Assembly (NCBI GenBank): GCA_963745235.1
Contig: CAVUXE010000044.1
Coordinates: 1 to 64,000 of the forward strand
Direction of reading: 5' to 3'
DNA from: an uncultured Spirochaetota bacterium
GTDB lineage: Bacteria > Spirochaetota > Spirochaetia > SZUA-6 > Fen-1364
Length of the DNA stretch: 64,000 nt
The position numbers and the translations under genes were made by a program. Below are positions 28,764 to 40,090 of the stretch, piece after piece. Below the pieces are notes generated by a model, which was not told the DNA's origin, did no database searches, and was given only the letters and a program-made list of their open reading frames with translations. Numbering within the stretch: position 1 is the stretch's first letter; each line of letters starts with the position of its first letter.

Positions 28764-29917
28764 TGGAAACCGCATCATGGATCAGGCGCATGTTTGAAGC
28801 GGGCAACGCGCTTCGCGCGCAGCACGGTGCGGCCAGCGTCTGCGATTTCAGCCTCGGGAACCCGGACGTGGAGCCCCCGACCCGGTTCCAGGAGGCGCTC
28901 CGCGAGGTGGTGGATTCCGCGCTGCCGCTGAAGCACGGCTACATGCCCAACGCGGGCTATCCTGAGACCCGGGCTCGCGTGGCGGAGCTTGTCTCACGCG
29001 AGCAGGGTGTTGCGCTGGACGGGCAGAGCGTGGTGATGTCCTGCGGCGCAAGCGGCGGGCTGAACTCCGTGCTCAAGACAATCCTCAACCCGGGTGACGA
29101 GGTCATCGCGACCATACCCTGCTTCATGGAATACGCGTCCTACGTTGACAACCACGGGGGCAAGCTCGTGCTGGCCCCGTCCGCGCCGGATTTTGACCTG
29201 GACGTTGCCGCGCTGGAAAGCAGGATCGGTTCGCGCACCGCGGCAGTGCTGGTGAACTCCCCGAACAACCCCACCGGTCGTATCTACCCCCGGGAGACCC
29301 TGAAAGAGCTCTCGGACATGCTCGCCCGGGCGGGCAGGAAGACCGGCAGGACCATCTACCTGCTTGCAGATGAGCCGTATCGGAAGCTCGCATATGATGG
29401 GGCTGAGGTGCCGGGGATCATGAGCCTGTATCCGCATTCCATCGTCGTCACATCCCATTCAAAAGATCTCTCCCTCCCGGGAGAGCGGATCGGCCACGTG
29501 GCGGTCAACCCGTTTGCCGACGATGCGAAGAAGCTCGTTGACGGAATCATCCTCTGTACGAGGATCCTCGGGTACGTGAACGCCCCCGCTCTCATGCAGC
29601 GCACGGTGGCAAAGATCCAGGGTCTCTCCGTGGACATCGAAATCTATCGAAAGAAGCGCGACCTGTTCTGCTCCGCGCTTCGCGGCATGGGATACCAGTT
29701 CTCCGTTCCGCAGGGCGCCTTCTACATCTTCCCTCGCGCGCCCGGCGGGGATGACCTTGCGTTCGTGCAGGCCCTCCAGGAGGAGCTGGTGCTCGTCGTA
29801 CCGGGCCGCGGCTTCAGCTTTCCCGGATACTTCCGCATCGCCTATTGCGTGGATACCTCGTTCATTGAAAAATCGCTGGCCGGCTTCGAAAGAGCGGCAA
29901 GAAAAATGGGAGCCTGA
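28733..29917 (+). CDS. PLP-dependent class I (aspartate-type) aminotransferase
   Basis: SWIRRMFE, DFSLGNP, NSPNNPTG, DEPY, SHSKDLSLPGERIG. Confidence 0.9.
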   Translation: MAVSSKVLGMMETASWIRRMFEAGNALRAQHGAASVCDFSLGNPDVEPPTRFQEALREVVDSALPLKHGYMPNAGYPETRARVAELVSREQGVALDGQSVVMSCGASGGLNSVLKTILNPGDEVIATIPCFMEYASYVDNHGGKLVLAPSAPDFDLDVAALESRIGSRTAAVLVNSPNNPTGRIYPRETLKELSDMLARAGRKTGRTIYLLADEPYRKLAYDGAEVPGIMSLYPHSIVVTSHSKDLSLPGERIGHVAVNPFADDAKKLVDGIILCTRILGYVNAPALMQRTVAKIQGLSVDIEIYRKKRDLFCSALRGMGYQFSVPQGAFYIFPRAPGGDDLAFVQALQEELVLVVPGRGFSFPGYFRIAYCVDTSFIEKSLAGFERAARKMGA

Positions 29918-29919
29918 CC

Positions 29920-30867
29920 ATGGCCAGAAGGACGGTCCCCGTTCTCATCCTCTGCATTGCAATCGCGTTCCCCCTGCTCGCGCAGGAGACCCCTTCCTTC
30001 CAGGCGGGAACAGCAGGGCCGGCGCCGGCTCCCCGGTCTTCCATGGGCATCCCGCAGGCCATGGTCCTCGGGATCGTCGAAGGCCTCACCGAATACCTCC
30101 CCGTGAGCTCCACCGGACACCTCACCGTTGTCCAGGACCTGCTCGGCCTCTGGTCAACTCCCGAAGAGAAAAGCGCCTCGGACGCGTACGCCATCTGCAT
30201 TCAAGCGGGCGCCATCATCGCGGTGTTCCTGGTCTCCTTCGGGAGAATCAGGGCAATGGCCAGGGGCATCGTCGGGCGGGACCGGGATGGGCTTCGCCTG
30301 TTCGGCAACGTGGTGGTCTCCTTCATTCCAGCAGCGCTCATCGGACTTGTGCTGGAGGATACAATCAAGCGCCATCTCTACGGACTGTGGCCCGTGGCGG
30401 GAGCGTGGCTGGTGGGCGGGGTCTTCATCCTCCTGGTGCTGGCGCGGCGGCAGGGACAGGACGGGTTGCCGGTGGAAGGGCTCACGGGGCGAACGGCGCT
30501 GCTGATCGGGCTTGCTCAGGTGCTGTCGCTGTGGCCCGGCGTGAGCCGGAGCCTCGTCACGATTGCCGGTGGCATCTTCGTCGGCCTCTCCGTGTCAGCG
30601 GCCGTGGAATACAGCTTCCTCCTGGGGCTGGTCACCCTGGGGGCGGCAACCATCTATGAAGGGGTGAAGCTCGGCCGCCTGATCGTGGGCAGCTTCGGAT
30701 GGGCGTCGCCGCTCATCGGCCTCTTGTTCGCCGCGGTGTCCGCGTTCGTCGCGGTGCGCTGGATGGTCGGCTACCTGCGGACGCGGAGCCTTGCGATCTT
30801 CGGCTGGTACAGGATTGTCATAGCGGTCATCGCGGGCGTGCTGGTCCTGAGCGGAGGCATTTCGTAG
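29920..30867 (+). CDS. uppP: Undecaprenyl-diphosphate phosphatase
   Basis: GIVEGLTEYLPVSSTGH, PGVSRS. Confidence 0.95.
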   Translation: MARRTVPVLILCIAIAFPLLAQETPSFQAGTAGPAPAPRSSMGIPQAMVLGIVEGLTEYLPVSSTGHLTVVQDLLGLWSTPEEKSASDAYAICIQAGAIIAVFLVSFGRIRAMARGIVGRDRDGLRLFGNVVVSFIPAALIGLVLEDTIKRHLYGLWPVAGAWLVGGVFILLVLARRQGQDGLPVEGLTGRTALLIGLAQVLSLWPGVSRSLVTIAGGIFVGLSVSAAVEYSFLLGLVTLGAATIYEGVKLGRLIVGSFGWASPLIGLLFAAVSAFVAVRWMVGYLRTRSLAIFGWYRIVIAVIAGVLVLSGGIS

Positions 30868-30876
30868 CGGCCTTTA

Positions 30877-31755
30877 TCAAGCGAAAAGCCCCATGACTCT
30901 TTCGCGGAGGGCAACATAGGCGCAGGCTGCCAGGACGACGAGCGCGCCGGCAATCGTCAGCGGCTGCATCCTTTCTCCGAAAACGACAATCCCGAGCACG
31001 CTGTTGACCACCGGGACGAGAAAAGCAAGGAGGCTGCCCTCGGTTGCGGGCACATCGCGGTACGCGGTGGTCATGAGGAGCTGCGCCACGGTCGCCAGGA
31101 TCCCGATTCCTGCCAGCACGAGCCAGAGAGGCAGGGCGAAGCCGAAGGAGCTCGTGGCGGTTGGATAGCCAATGACGATCATCCCGAAGACGCATTGCGC
31201 AAGGTAGATCATGGACGGCGAATCGGTGGCCTGGAGCTTGCGGATAGTCACAATGGCCACCGCGGAAAGCAGCCCTCCGAGGAGGGCAAGGAGCTGGTAA
31301 GCGCTGATGGAGAACGACCCGGCCCCGCCGGTCGCGCCCATGGGGTTGACAACGAGCCAGATACCGACAAAAGACACGGCCACGGCCACAAAGACATCCG
31401 GGTGCACCTTCTCCCGGATGATGAGGGGGGCAAGCAGCGCGGCGAACACGGGGTAGGTGTAGCTGAGGATTGTGCCCATGCCCAGGCCCAGCTTCACCAT
31501 GGCGAAATACATGAGGTACACGGAGGCGGCCCCGAACGCCCCCCTGCCAATCAGCCAGGGCTTGTTGACCGGCTTCAGCGGGATGACCCGAAACAGGCCA
31601 AGCCCGCCAATCACGACAATCCCGGTGGTGAAGCGGACCGCCGTCACGATGGAGGTGTTGATGGACCGCGTGAAAGGGACCAGGAGCGACATGGCGGAGA
31701 ACACGAGGCTGGAGGCAGCCATCACGAGCATTCCGCGGCTATAGGAGCCTGTCAT
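30877..31755 (-). CDS. DMT/EamA family transporter
   Basis: About 10 TM helices in two EamA repeats (YTYPVFAALLAPLIIREK; VFGERM). Confidence 0.85.
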   Translation of the reverse strand: MTGSYSRGMLVMAASSLVFSAMSLLVPFTRSINTSIVTAVRFTTGIVVIGGLGLFRVIPLKPVNKPWLIGRGAFGAASVYLMYFAMVKLGLGMGTILSYTYPVFAALLAPLIIREKVHPDVFVAVAVSFVGIWLVVNPMGATGGAGSFSISAYQLLALLGGLLSAVAIVTIRKLQATDSPSMIYLAQCVFGMIVIGYPTATSSFGFALPLWLVLAGIGILATVAQLLMTTAYRDVPATEGSLLAFLVPVVNSVLGIVVFGERMQPLTIAGALVVLAACAYVALRERVMGLFA

Positions 31756-31771
31756 GACCGAACGCTGCGGG

Positions 31772-33087
31772 CTATCTGCGCTGCGCGCGCTCGACGTAGT
31801 GGCGCTCGGTGCTTCCCACGTAGACCTGGCGCGGCCGCATGATGCGGAAATCCTGGCCGTGATACATCTCGCGCCAGTGCGCGAGCCAGCCCGGGGTCCG
31901 TCCAATCGCAAAGAGGACCGTGAACATGTCATACGGGATCCCGGTGGCGCGCAGGATGAGGCCGGAATAGAAATCCACGTTGGGGTAGAGGTTGCGTGAC
32001 ACGAAGTAGTCGTCCTTGAGGGCAATCTCTTCCAGGCGAAGGGCGATGTCCAGGAGGGGATCATCCATGCCCGGGCTTCCGCAGCAGCCGATGGCAGGCC
32101 TCCTTGAGGATCTTCGCGCGCGGATCGAAGCTCTTGTAGACCCTGTGCCCGAATCCCATGAGCCGGTCCGGGGTGTTTCTGTCCTTGGCCCTGGCCACGA
32201 ACTCCGTGCCGTCTCCTCCCTCGTTGCGGATCTTTTCCAGCATCCTGATGACTTCCTGGTTGGCCCCGCCGTGACGCGGGCCCCAGAGCGCAGAAATGCC
32301 GGCGGAAATGACGGCGTACACGTTGGCAAGGCTGGAGCCCGTCAGCCGCACGGTGGAGGTGCTGCAGTTCTGCTCGTGGTCGGCGTGGAGAATGAGGAAA
32401 AGGTCAATTGCGCGCACCATGTCATCATCCAGCCGTCGACTCCTTGACCGGTGAGGAGAACATCATGTTCAGGAAGTTCGGCACGTAGCGAAGCCGGTAG
32501 GAGGGGTAGACGATGGGCTCTCCGATTGACTTCTTGTACGAGATGGCGGCGATTGTCCGGATCTGCGAGATCAGGTTTGCCAGGATCTGGCGCTCGGACG
32601 TCTCGTCCATCACCTCGGGGATGGGGTAGAAGGTGGACAGTGAGGCGACCGTCGTGGCAAGGATCCCCATGGGGTGGGACCCGCGGGGGAAGCCCACGAA
32701 GAAATGCAGCATGTCTTCGTGGATCAGGGACGACTCATTGAGGAACGTGGAAAACTCTTCCAGCTCGCTGATGGTCGGCAGCTCGCCGTAGAGCAGGAGG
32801 TAGGCAACCTCCGTGAAGGTCGACTTCTCCGCAAGCTCTTCGATGGGATAGCCGCGGTAGCGAAGGACGCCTTTTTCCCCGTCGATATACGTGATTGCGC
32901 TGCGGCACGAGCCGGTATTCTCGTACCCGGTGTCCAGAGTGATGAAGCCGGTGGTCTTTCGAAGGCTGGTGACATCTATGGCCTTCTCCCCCTCGGTGCC
33001 CATCACGACGGGCAGCTCGTACTCCTTGCCCTCCAGGATCAGGCGGGCAGTTTCCGGCTTCCTGGGGTCCCTGCGTGCGTCAGCCAT
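31772..33087 (-). CDS. gltA: Citrate synthase (frameshifts ~32430 and ~32070)
   Basis: [49 protein letters not shown]. Confidence 0.95.
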
Positions 33088-33132
33088 TTCTCACCTCTTA
33101 TGTGCGTATGGAGATGGAAACGGCGGAAAAAG

Positions 33133-34391
33133 TCAACGGCGTGCGTGGTTCGCGGAAGCCTCCAGGAGCTCCAGGGCCTTTTTGAGTTGCGCGTCAGAGC
33201 TTGCCGCCAGCGCCTTTCTTGTCATGCCGCTCAGCGCGGTCGGAGTGATCAGGGACGCATCCGGGGGCAAGGGGACAGGAGTATCGGGAACGATTCCCTT
33301 GTGCCAGATGGTTTTGCCGGAGGGCGTCAGCCACTCCCTCACGGCAAGGAGGAGCGCGGACCCGTCGGGAAGCGGAAAGTTCTGCAGCACGGTGCCGGTT
33401 CCGAAGGTGGTCTCTCCGACAAGGACAGCCCGCTTCGCGTCGTGGAGAGCCCCGGCCACGATCTCTGCGCCGCTGGCGGTTCCCTCATTGATCAACACGA
33501 CCACGGGAAGCGCCATTGCCACTCCTCCCGGCTGGACCGTGTCGTGGGTAATCCCGCCATGCGCGTCTTTCTCCAGCACCACGTCGCCGCCGGGCAGGAA
33601 CTGGCTCGCGACCCCGATCGCCTCGTGGAGCTCGCCTCCAGGATCGTTTCGCAGGTCCAGGACAACTCCGGCCAGCTTCATCCCCTCCAGCTGCTGGAGC
33701 GCGGCCCTGATCTCCGTCGTGACTCCCCTGCTGAACGCTGCAACCCGGATGTCGGCAAAGGGATAGCCGGGCAGCTGTCGCCATGACACGTTGTCCACCC
33801 GTATGCGCGCGCGCCGCAGCGGCACCTCGGAGGTGGCGCCGGACGCCGGATCGAAGATGCTCAGGACCACGGTCGTCTCCGCGGGGCCGACAATCATGCT
33901 CACCACCTCGCCGATGCCGAGGCCCTCGACGGATTGGCCGTTCACCTTGAGGATCTGCTCTCCGGCTCTGAGTCCCGCGCGTATGGCGGGGGATCCGTCC
34001 AGCGGCGCCACAATCACCACGCTGTCATTCTTCAGGGTGATCTCGAGGCCCACTCCGACGTATTCACCCCGCATCATTGAGCGCTCCTCGTCCACCATGC
34101 TGGTGGTGAGATACGCGCTGTGGCCGGTATCTCCCAGAGCGTCGACCATCCCGGTAATGGCGCCGACGGTGAGCGGGCCAGGCGAGACGGCAGAGCGGTC
34201 CACGTACTCCTGGTTGATGATGTCCCAGGCCCGCCGGATGAGGGCGGTATCCGGCCCGCGCGCCGGACCGCCGGGTCGGGCGCCCTTCGAGGGGCGCGCA
34301 CGGTCCTGTCTACGGCCGCTCCGGCAAGGAATGAGACGGCGACAGCGGTCGCCAGGACGGCAAGGAACGCGACTCTTCGCGGCTGTGCCAT
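33133..34391 (-). CDS. S41 carboxy-terminal protease with PDZ domain (frameshift ~34255)
   Basis: DLRNDPGG, TASGAEIVAGAL, GETTFG, WLTPSG; own ATG at 34391 with a hydrophobic N-terminus. The usual catalytic Lys (FGKG) reads FGTG. Confidence 0.85.
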
Positions 34392-36171
34392 CAAACGCAC
34401 TCTCCGACCGCGGAGGCTTTCCGCGCGCCGCCGTTTGCCTCAATGGCAGGAATCCGCGCAACCTGCCAGTGCCCGCCGCCGCAGAGAACGAGCCGCGAAT
34501 CATGAAAGGCAAGCGAGGCTCGAGCGATGGCCGACGCTCACAATCGCCGTCCGCGGGCAGGAGGTCGATCAGCGCTCCGTAGAGGGTGCCCTCGGCGGGC
34601 TCGTCGACGGCGGAGGTTGCTTCGTCCATGAAGACCCATGCCGGTCGCTGGAGGAAAATGCGGCCAAAGGCAAGGCGTTGCTGTTCCCCGAGGGACAGAA
34701 CCTGCGCCCACATGCGGTTTTCGTTCAGCAAAGGGAAGAGCTCCGGCAGGCCCGCCCGATCGAGAACGCCCCGCAGCTGATCATCGCTGGTGGCCGGGTC
34801 CCCGAATGGATAGAGAAGCGCTTCCCGCAGGGTGCCCAGTGGCAGGTATGGTTTCTGCGGCATGAAGAGGGAGGCATCTCTTCCGGGAAGCTCCACGGTT
34901 CCCTCGCCAAACGGCCAGATCCCCGCCACTGTACGCATGAGCGTGCTCTTGCCGCTCCCGGAGGCTCCCATCACGAGCAGGCGTTCGCCGGGCGTCAGCT
35001 CGAGATTGAGGTTCCGGACCAGCTCGCGGCCGTCGGGCAGCTGGACCTTCAGCCCCCGAAGCCGCAGGATCTCGCCGTCGCGCCGGATGATGTTGGCGTG
35101 CTTCTCGCGAATCGAGGAGATCTTGTCCATGGCCTGCTGGAAGAAGCGCAACCGGTCCACCACCGCGTGCCAGCTGGCCAGGTCGGTGTAGCTGTTGACA
35201 ATGAAGGAAAGCGCGCCCTGCACCTGGCCGAAGGCGCTTGAGATCTGAAAGATGGACCCGATCTGGATCACCTTGGCAAAGTAGGCGGGCAGGCTGACCA
35301 GGACGGGAAAGATGACGGCGGCCTGGCCGTACCCGGAGACCCACCAGTTCAGGCGCTTCGTCCGTTTCATGATCTGCCAGAAGTTTCGAAAGACGTTGGC
35401 AAACCGCCCCAGGAGGTGCTCGCGCTCCTGCGCCTCACCGCGGTAGAGAGCAATAGACTCGCTGTTCTCCCTGATGCGGACCAGGCTGAAGCGGAAATCC
35501 GCGTTGAATCGCTCCTGGTTGAAGTTCAGGTGGATGAGCCGGCGGCCCACCACCGCGGAGAGGACGGTGCCGCAGACGGAATACAGCAGCGCCGCCCACA
35601 CGAGGTAGCCGGGGATGACGACCTTCGCGCCGTGCCAGGGGATTGCCACCTGGCTGGAAAGAGTCCACAGCATCGCGAGGAATGCGGCAATAGTGGTGAC
35701 GGAGCTGATGACGCCAATGACGAAGTTGAGGGTCTGGGAGGAAAAGGTTGCCAGGTCCTGGCTGATGCGCTGGTCAGGGTTGTCTGTGCCGTCCCCCAGC
35801 ACCTGCATCTGGTAGTAGGTGCCGCGCGCCAGCCACGCATCGAGGTACTTCTTCGTGAGCCATTGACGCCACCGGATCTGCAGCATCTGTGTCAGGTAGG
35901 TCTGGTAAACCGCCGCTATGATCCAGGGTGTTGCAAGGATCAGGAATACGAGGAGCTGGTGCCACGCCTGCGGCGCGTCATATTTCTGAAGGGCGTTGTA
36001 GAAGGTGTTGTACCATTCCGTGATGCGGTACGAGATGAACACCATGAAAAGGTTCAGGAGAACGATGGCAAGGAACAAGCCTCGCGCCAGCCATTTCTCC
36101 TCGGAGCTCCACCAGTAGGGCTTCACGATCCCCCACAGGTCGCGAAAGAAAGCGCGGTTGAACTGCTTCAT
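34391..36171 (-). CDS. ABC transporter permease/ATPase, YddA/BacA-like (frameshifts near the 3' end)
   Basis: DNPDQRI, NADFRFSLVRIRENSESIA, GASGSGKST, LSLGEQQRL, MDEATSA. Confidence 0.9.
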
Positions 36172-36264
36172 GACCAGTCAAATATCGAAAGGAATCCTGC
36201 CGCAAAGCAAATGCCTGGTCGCTTGACTTCCCGTGCGATTCGTCCCGATCTTCTGGGCGAGAGA

Positions 36265-39204
36265 ATGTCGAAAAGCGCAGGGGCCGTTCTTCTGGGGGCG
36301 ATCTTTTCAGCGGGCGCCATGCTTTTGGCAAGCGCTCCGCTCTGGTCCAGCCCCGCGGGATCCCTGGAGCCCGACTTCGAAGGGTGGCAGGAAACGGAAA
36401 CTGCGCATTTTGTATTCGTGTTCGAGCCGCGGGACAGCCGCGCGGTGGGCCAGCTCGTCTCTTTTGCCGAGGACGTTTACCAGGATGTGACAGGGTTCAT
36501 CGGCACGCGGCCTGCCCGCGTCTGGGTTGTCGTTGCGGGCCGCATCGATCTGGCAAACGCGGTCACGTACCCGTTGCCTCCCCACATCACCCTCTACCTG
36601 GCACCGCCGCCCGAGCCCCTGGTTGGACTGGAAGCCTCGTCGTACCTTCGCCTCCTCCTGGCGCATGAGCTGACCCATTTCCTGAATTTCGAGTACGACA
36701 AAGGGTTGTTCGCGTTTCTCTCCATGGTTTTTGGACCAGCTGTAAAAGGGGCCAACGCCGCTTTCCTTCCCACCTGGTTCCTGGAAGGGATCGCCACGCA
36801 TTCGGAGACGCTTTTCACCGACGGCGGACGCGGACGGAACCCCTTTTTCGAGATGGAGTACCGGGCTTTCGCAATGTCGCACCGCTTCTTTCCTTTGAGC
36901 AAAGCGGCCTACAGCTCGTATTTTCCGCCGGCGGACCGGGACTGGATCGGCGGCTATCTCTTCTTCCGCTATCTGCTCGACCACTACGGGAGCGATATCT
37001 ACATCCGCATCCACGACGAATACGTAAAGTTTCCCTTCCTCGGCCCATGGAAAGCAATCGAGCGGGCAACGAGAGAGCCGACCGACCGCTTGTACGGGGA
37101 CATGGTGGCCGAGTTGGAAGCTCACTCCTTTTCGCGCGGTTCGGCTGAAGAAGGAGCCAGCGTCGTTCCCACGGGCATCGCGGACTACTACCTGCCGGTG
37201 ATCACCTCCCGTGGCTGGTACCTGTACCGCACGACACTCGACAAAGCGCCCGGGATCGTGCTGTACGACCCAGCGACGAAAAGCGAGCGCCTCCTTCTCT
37301 CAACGCCTTTGACGGACAGCGCCTCTTTGACGGCGTCGGTGGACGGCGCGCGAATCGCCTTTTCAACGTACGAGGCGACCATCGGAAACAGCGGAGAGGT
37401 TGTGGCCTCCGATCTTTTCGAGCTGGACCCGGGAAGGGGAGTGGTTCGGCGAATCACCTCGGGCGGCCACGCATGGCAGCCGCGGCTCTCACCGGACGGG
37501 TCACGGCTCCTGGCAGTATCTGCGATCGGCCCCTGCTCGCGGCTCGTGGAGGTGGACCGGCACAGCGGTTCTCTTCATCTTCTTTTCTCGATGAAGGACG
37601 CCATCGTCTCCACGCCGTCTATTTCTCCTGACGGCTCGCTCGTGGCATTCGCAGTTTTCTTGCGCGGCGCATGGAGTATCCGGGTCCTCTCCCTCTCGAG
37701 CTCCGAAGTCCCCATTGCGGCTTCTGAGCCGATCACGGACTTCAACGTGGACATGGCAAGGATAGCTGTCGGCCCCACGCGGGCGGGCGCATATTACCCC
37801 CGGTTCGCAGATTCGGGAGACCTTCTTTTTTCCTCGGATATGAGCGGATCGCTTGCTCTCTATTCAACCGATACCGACGGGACCCGCTTCGCTCTTGTCT
37901 GCGATGACCCTGTTGGCGCGTGGGCGGGAGAGCTCTCTGGAAACCGGATCCTCTACGCATCATACAGGACCGACGGATACACGCTCATGGTCAAGGACGC
38001 GCGAGCCCAGCCGACGCAGCCTCCCACGGTGATCTCGGCTCAGGATGCAGAGGAAACGGCAGTAGGGACGCTTGCGCAGACCCCCTACGTGGACCTCCCT
38101 CGGTTCCTCGCCTGGGCGCCCCTGCCCATCTATTACAGCACGATTGCGGCCGGAGAGATCGTGGCCGCCCCCGGCGCGGCCGTCTGGGGCGTTTCCAACC
38201 TGGGCACGAGCTCCTACGCGGTCTCGACTTCCTTCCGGATTGACGCTCTCCAGCCTGCCGTTGAGCTGTCCCTGCAAACCGAGGCCGGCACGGTCGGCCT
38301 CGGCTACTCGCTTTCCGAGGGCTACACCAACCTCTCTCCAACAGATCACGACCAGGAGCTTGACCAGCAGGTGCAGCTGTCATTCCCGCTCATCTCTTCC
38401 ACCCGGCTCAATACCGCCACGGCGCTGTCTGTTTTCACGGCGGCGAGCGACACCCTCAGAGCGGAAGGATCGCAGGTCTTTTCCTTCCTGGACGGCTTAG
38501 GCGTGGGGCCAGGCGCGGCAGGCCTGAGCTATTCCCATGACATCGACGCCACGATCGGCGTGGGCTTCCGACGAAGCTCGATCGAGAGCCCGATGGACCT
38601 GTTTGCCCTTTCCCAGACCCGGGCTTCCCTGGGCGTCTCTCTGTATCCGCCTGTTCTGTCCGCCACCGGCCCTGGCGTGGTCACGACCGGCCTGTTGTCT
38701 GTTTCGTTCCCCTCCCCCCTTGCCCACCAGGTGCTGCAGTTTGGGCTGAAAACGAGCTACGTCAGTCTCAACGAGACATTCTATCAGATGACGAACCCTC
38801 GCGGCGCTTTCGATCCCGTCATCCAGACCATGCCCGCGCGGACGCTTCTCTCCCTGGACTATCTCATTCCCATTGCGTTGCTCGATGCGCCCCTTGCCTA
38901 CAGTCTCGGCCTGGTCGGGGTGGGATGCGGTTTTCACATCGAAGCGGCCGCGGACTGGTCCGCGGCCCCGGCCGTCGTTGCAGCCGACCGTGACGTGTAC
39001 GCTGGTTTCGAGCTCGTGGTGGAGGTCGCCGCCGGGGAGCAGACCTTTCCCGTGGGCCTTGGGCTCAGCTTCCGGTTCGACCCGCGTTTCGCCACGCCCC
39101 CGGACTGGGGAACGGACCTTCGGCCGTACCTCTTCATTTCAAATGACAGCTTTGACAGCACCATCTTCGGAGCGCGCCTCAGGCGCGCCATTGCGGCGCC
39201 TTGA
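36265..39204 (+). CDS. Secreted multidomain protein: gluzincin-like peptidase, TolB/PD40 propeller, beta-rich C-terminus
   Basis: Signal peptide, AHELTH, WFLEGIAT, PRLSPDG and PSISPDG repeats, amphipathic beta strands. Confidence 0.75.
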   Translation: MSKSAGAVLLGAIFSAGAMLLASAPLWSSPAGSLEPDFEGWQETETAHFVFVFEPRDSRAVGQLVSFAEDVYQDVTGFIGTRPARVWVVVAGRIDLANAVTYPLPPHITLYLAPPPEPLVGLEASSYLRLLLAHELTHFLNFEYDKGLFAFLSMVFGPAVKGANAAFLPTWFLEGIATHSETLFTDGGRGRNPFFEMEYRAFAMSHRFFPLSKAAYSSYFPPADRDWIGGYLFFRYLLDHYGSDIYIRIHDEYVKFPFLGPWKAIERATREPTDRLYGDMVAELEAHSFSRGSAEEGASVVPTGIADYYLPVITSRGWYLYRTTLDKAPGIVLYDPATKSERLLLSTPLTDSASLTASVDGARIAFSTYEATIGNSGEVVASDLFELDPGRGVVRRITSGGHAWQPRLSPDGSRLLAVSAIGPCSRLVEVDRHSGSLHLLFSMKDAIVSTPSISPDGSLVAFAVFLRGAWSIRVLSLSSSEVPIAASEPITDFNVDMARIAVGPTRAGAYYPRFADSGDLLFSSDMSGSLALYSTDTDGTRFALVCDDPVGAWAGELSGNRILYASYRTDGYTLMVKDARAQPTQPPTVISAQDAEETAVGTLAQTPYVDLPRFLAWAPLPIYYSTIAAGEIVAAPGAAVWGVSNLGTSSYAVSTSFRIDALQPAVELSLQTEAGTVGLGYSLSEGYTNLSPTDHDQELDQQVQLSFPLISSTRLNTATALSVFTAASDTLRAEGSQVFSFLDGLGVGPGAAGLSYSHDIDATIGVGFRRSSIESPMDLFALSQTRASLGVSLYPPVLSATGPGVVTTGLLSVSFPSPLAHQVLQFGLKTSYVSLNETFYQMTNPRGAFDPVIQTMPARTLLSLDYLIPIALLDAPLAYSLGLVGVGCGFHIEAAADWSAAPAVVAADRDVYAGFELVVEVAAGEQTFPVGLGLSFRFDPRFATPPDWGTDLRPYLFISNDSFDSTIFGARLRRAIAAP

Positions 39205-39266
39205 AGAAAAGTCAGCCGAGATTGACGGCCTGACGGGCAGGAGGCATGTTATAGGGAGGAGCGATC

Positions 39267-40076
39267 GTGTCGTTGAGCACCAGAAAGACTTTTTTCGTTC
39301 TCCTGCTGGGGGCCGCAGCCTGCTTGCCGGCCGCGGCAGACAAGAGCTTTGATCCAGCACTGTCCCAGGAGGTCGGCTTCTATGAGAACCCCGGCGGCCT
39401 GGTCCCGCTGGATACGGCCTTTCGCGATGAGGGCGGGAACCCTGTCACGTTGAGAAAGCTCATTCACGTTCCGACCATTCTCGCCCTCGTCTACTACCAG
39501 TGCCCCAACGTTTGTGACGCTCTTCTCACGGGGGTGGCCGGATCTCTCAAGTCGCTGGACGCCGTGCCGGAGAAGGATTATCAGGTGATCACCATCAGCA
39601 TCGATCCCACGGAGACTTCCGTCGAAGCCAGAAAGGCACGGAGGATATCCCTGGAATCCATCGAAAAGCCCTTTCCACCCTCGGCATGGCGTTTCCTCAC
39701 AGGGGATGCGGCGAGCATAGGTCTGGTTGCCCAGGCAATCGGCTACCGCTACAGGAAGGTCGGCGCAGGCTTCGATCATCCTGTGGGGATCATCGTCCTG
39801 TCCTCTCAGGGCAAGATCATCCGCTACATGTACGGCGCGGATTTTCTCCCCGCGGACTTGAAGCTTTCCTTGCTCGAGGCTTCTTCGGGCAGGGTGGGAC
39901 CCACGATTGCCAGAGTTCTTCGTGTCTGTTTCACCAAGGATCCGAAAAGCCACGCTCTTGTGTTCAACCTCTTGAGAATTGTCGGATCCGTGACTCTTGC
40001 CGCGGCCGGTCTGCTGGTCGGCTACGTTGTATTCGCCACCATGAGACGAAAACGGGCGGGCCATCAGACGATATGA
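39267..40076 (+). CDS. SCO family copper chaperone with C-terminal TM anchor
   Basis: YYQCPNVC, WRFLTG, FDHP. Confidence 0.9.
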   Translation: MSLSTRKTFFVLLLGAAACLPAAADKSFDPALSQEVGFYENPGGLVPLDTAFRDEGGNPVTLRKLIHVPTILALVYYQCPNVCDALLTGVAGSLKSLDAVPEKDYQVITISIDPTETSVEARKARRISLESIEKPFPPSAWRFLTGDAASIGLVAQAIGYRYRKVGAGFDHPVGIIVLSSQGKIIRYMYGADFLPADLKLSLLEASSGRVGPTIARVLRVCFTKDPKSHALVFNLLRIVGSVTLAAAGLLVGYVVFATMRRKRAGHQTI

Positions 40077-40090
40077 AGGAGGCATCTCAC

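Noticed and set aside
30877-32064. gltA-DMT overlap as a 395-aa protein
   Set aside because: The upstream part is an alternate frame of gltA. The DMT gene begins at 31755.
33133-36171. 1012-aa ABC transporter-S41 protease fusion in the ORF track
   Set aside because: Compensating frameshifts create it. The ABC gene has its own stop at 34391-34393 and S41 has its own ATG and signal sequence.
35416-36264. N-terminal extension of the 1262-aa ORF
   Set aside because: Antisense shadow of yddA. The real start with a signal peptide is at 36265.
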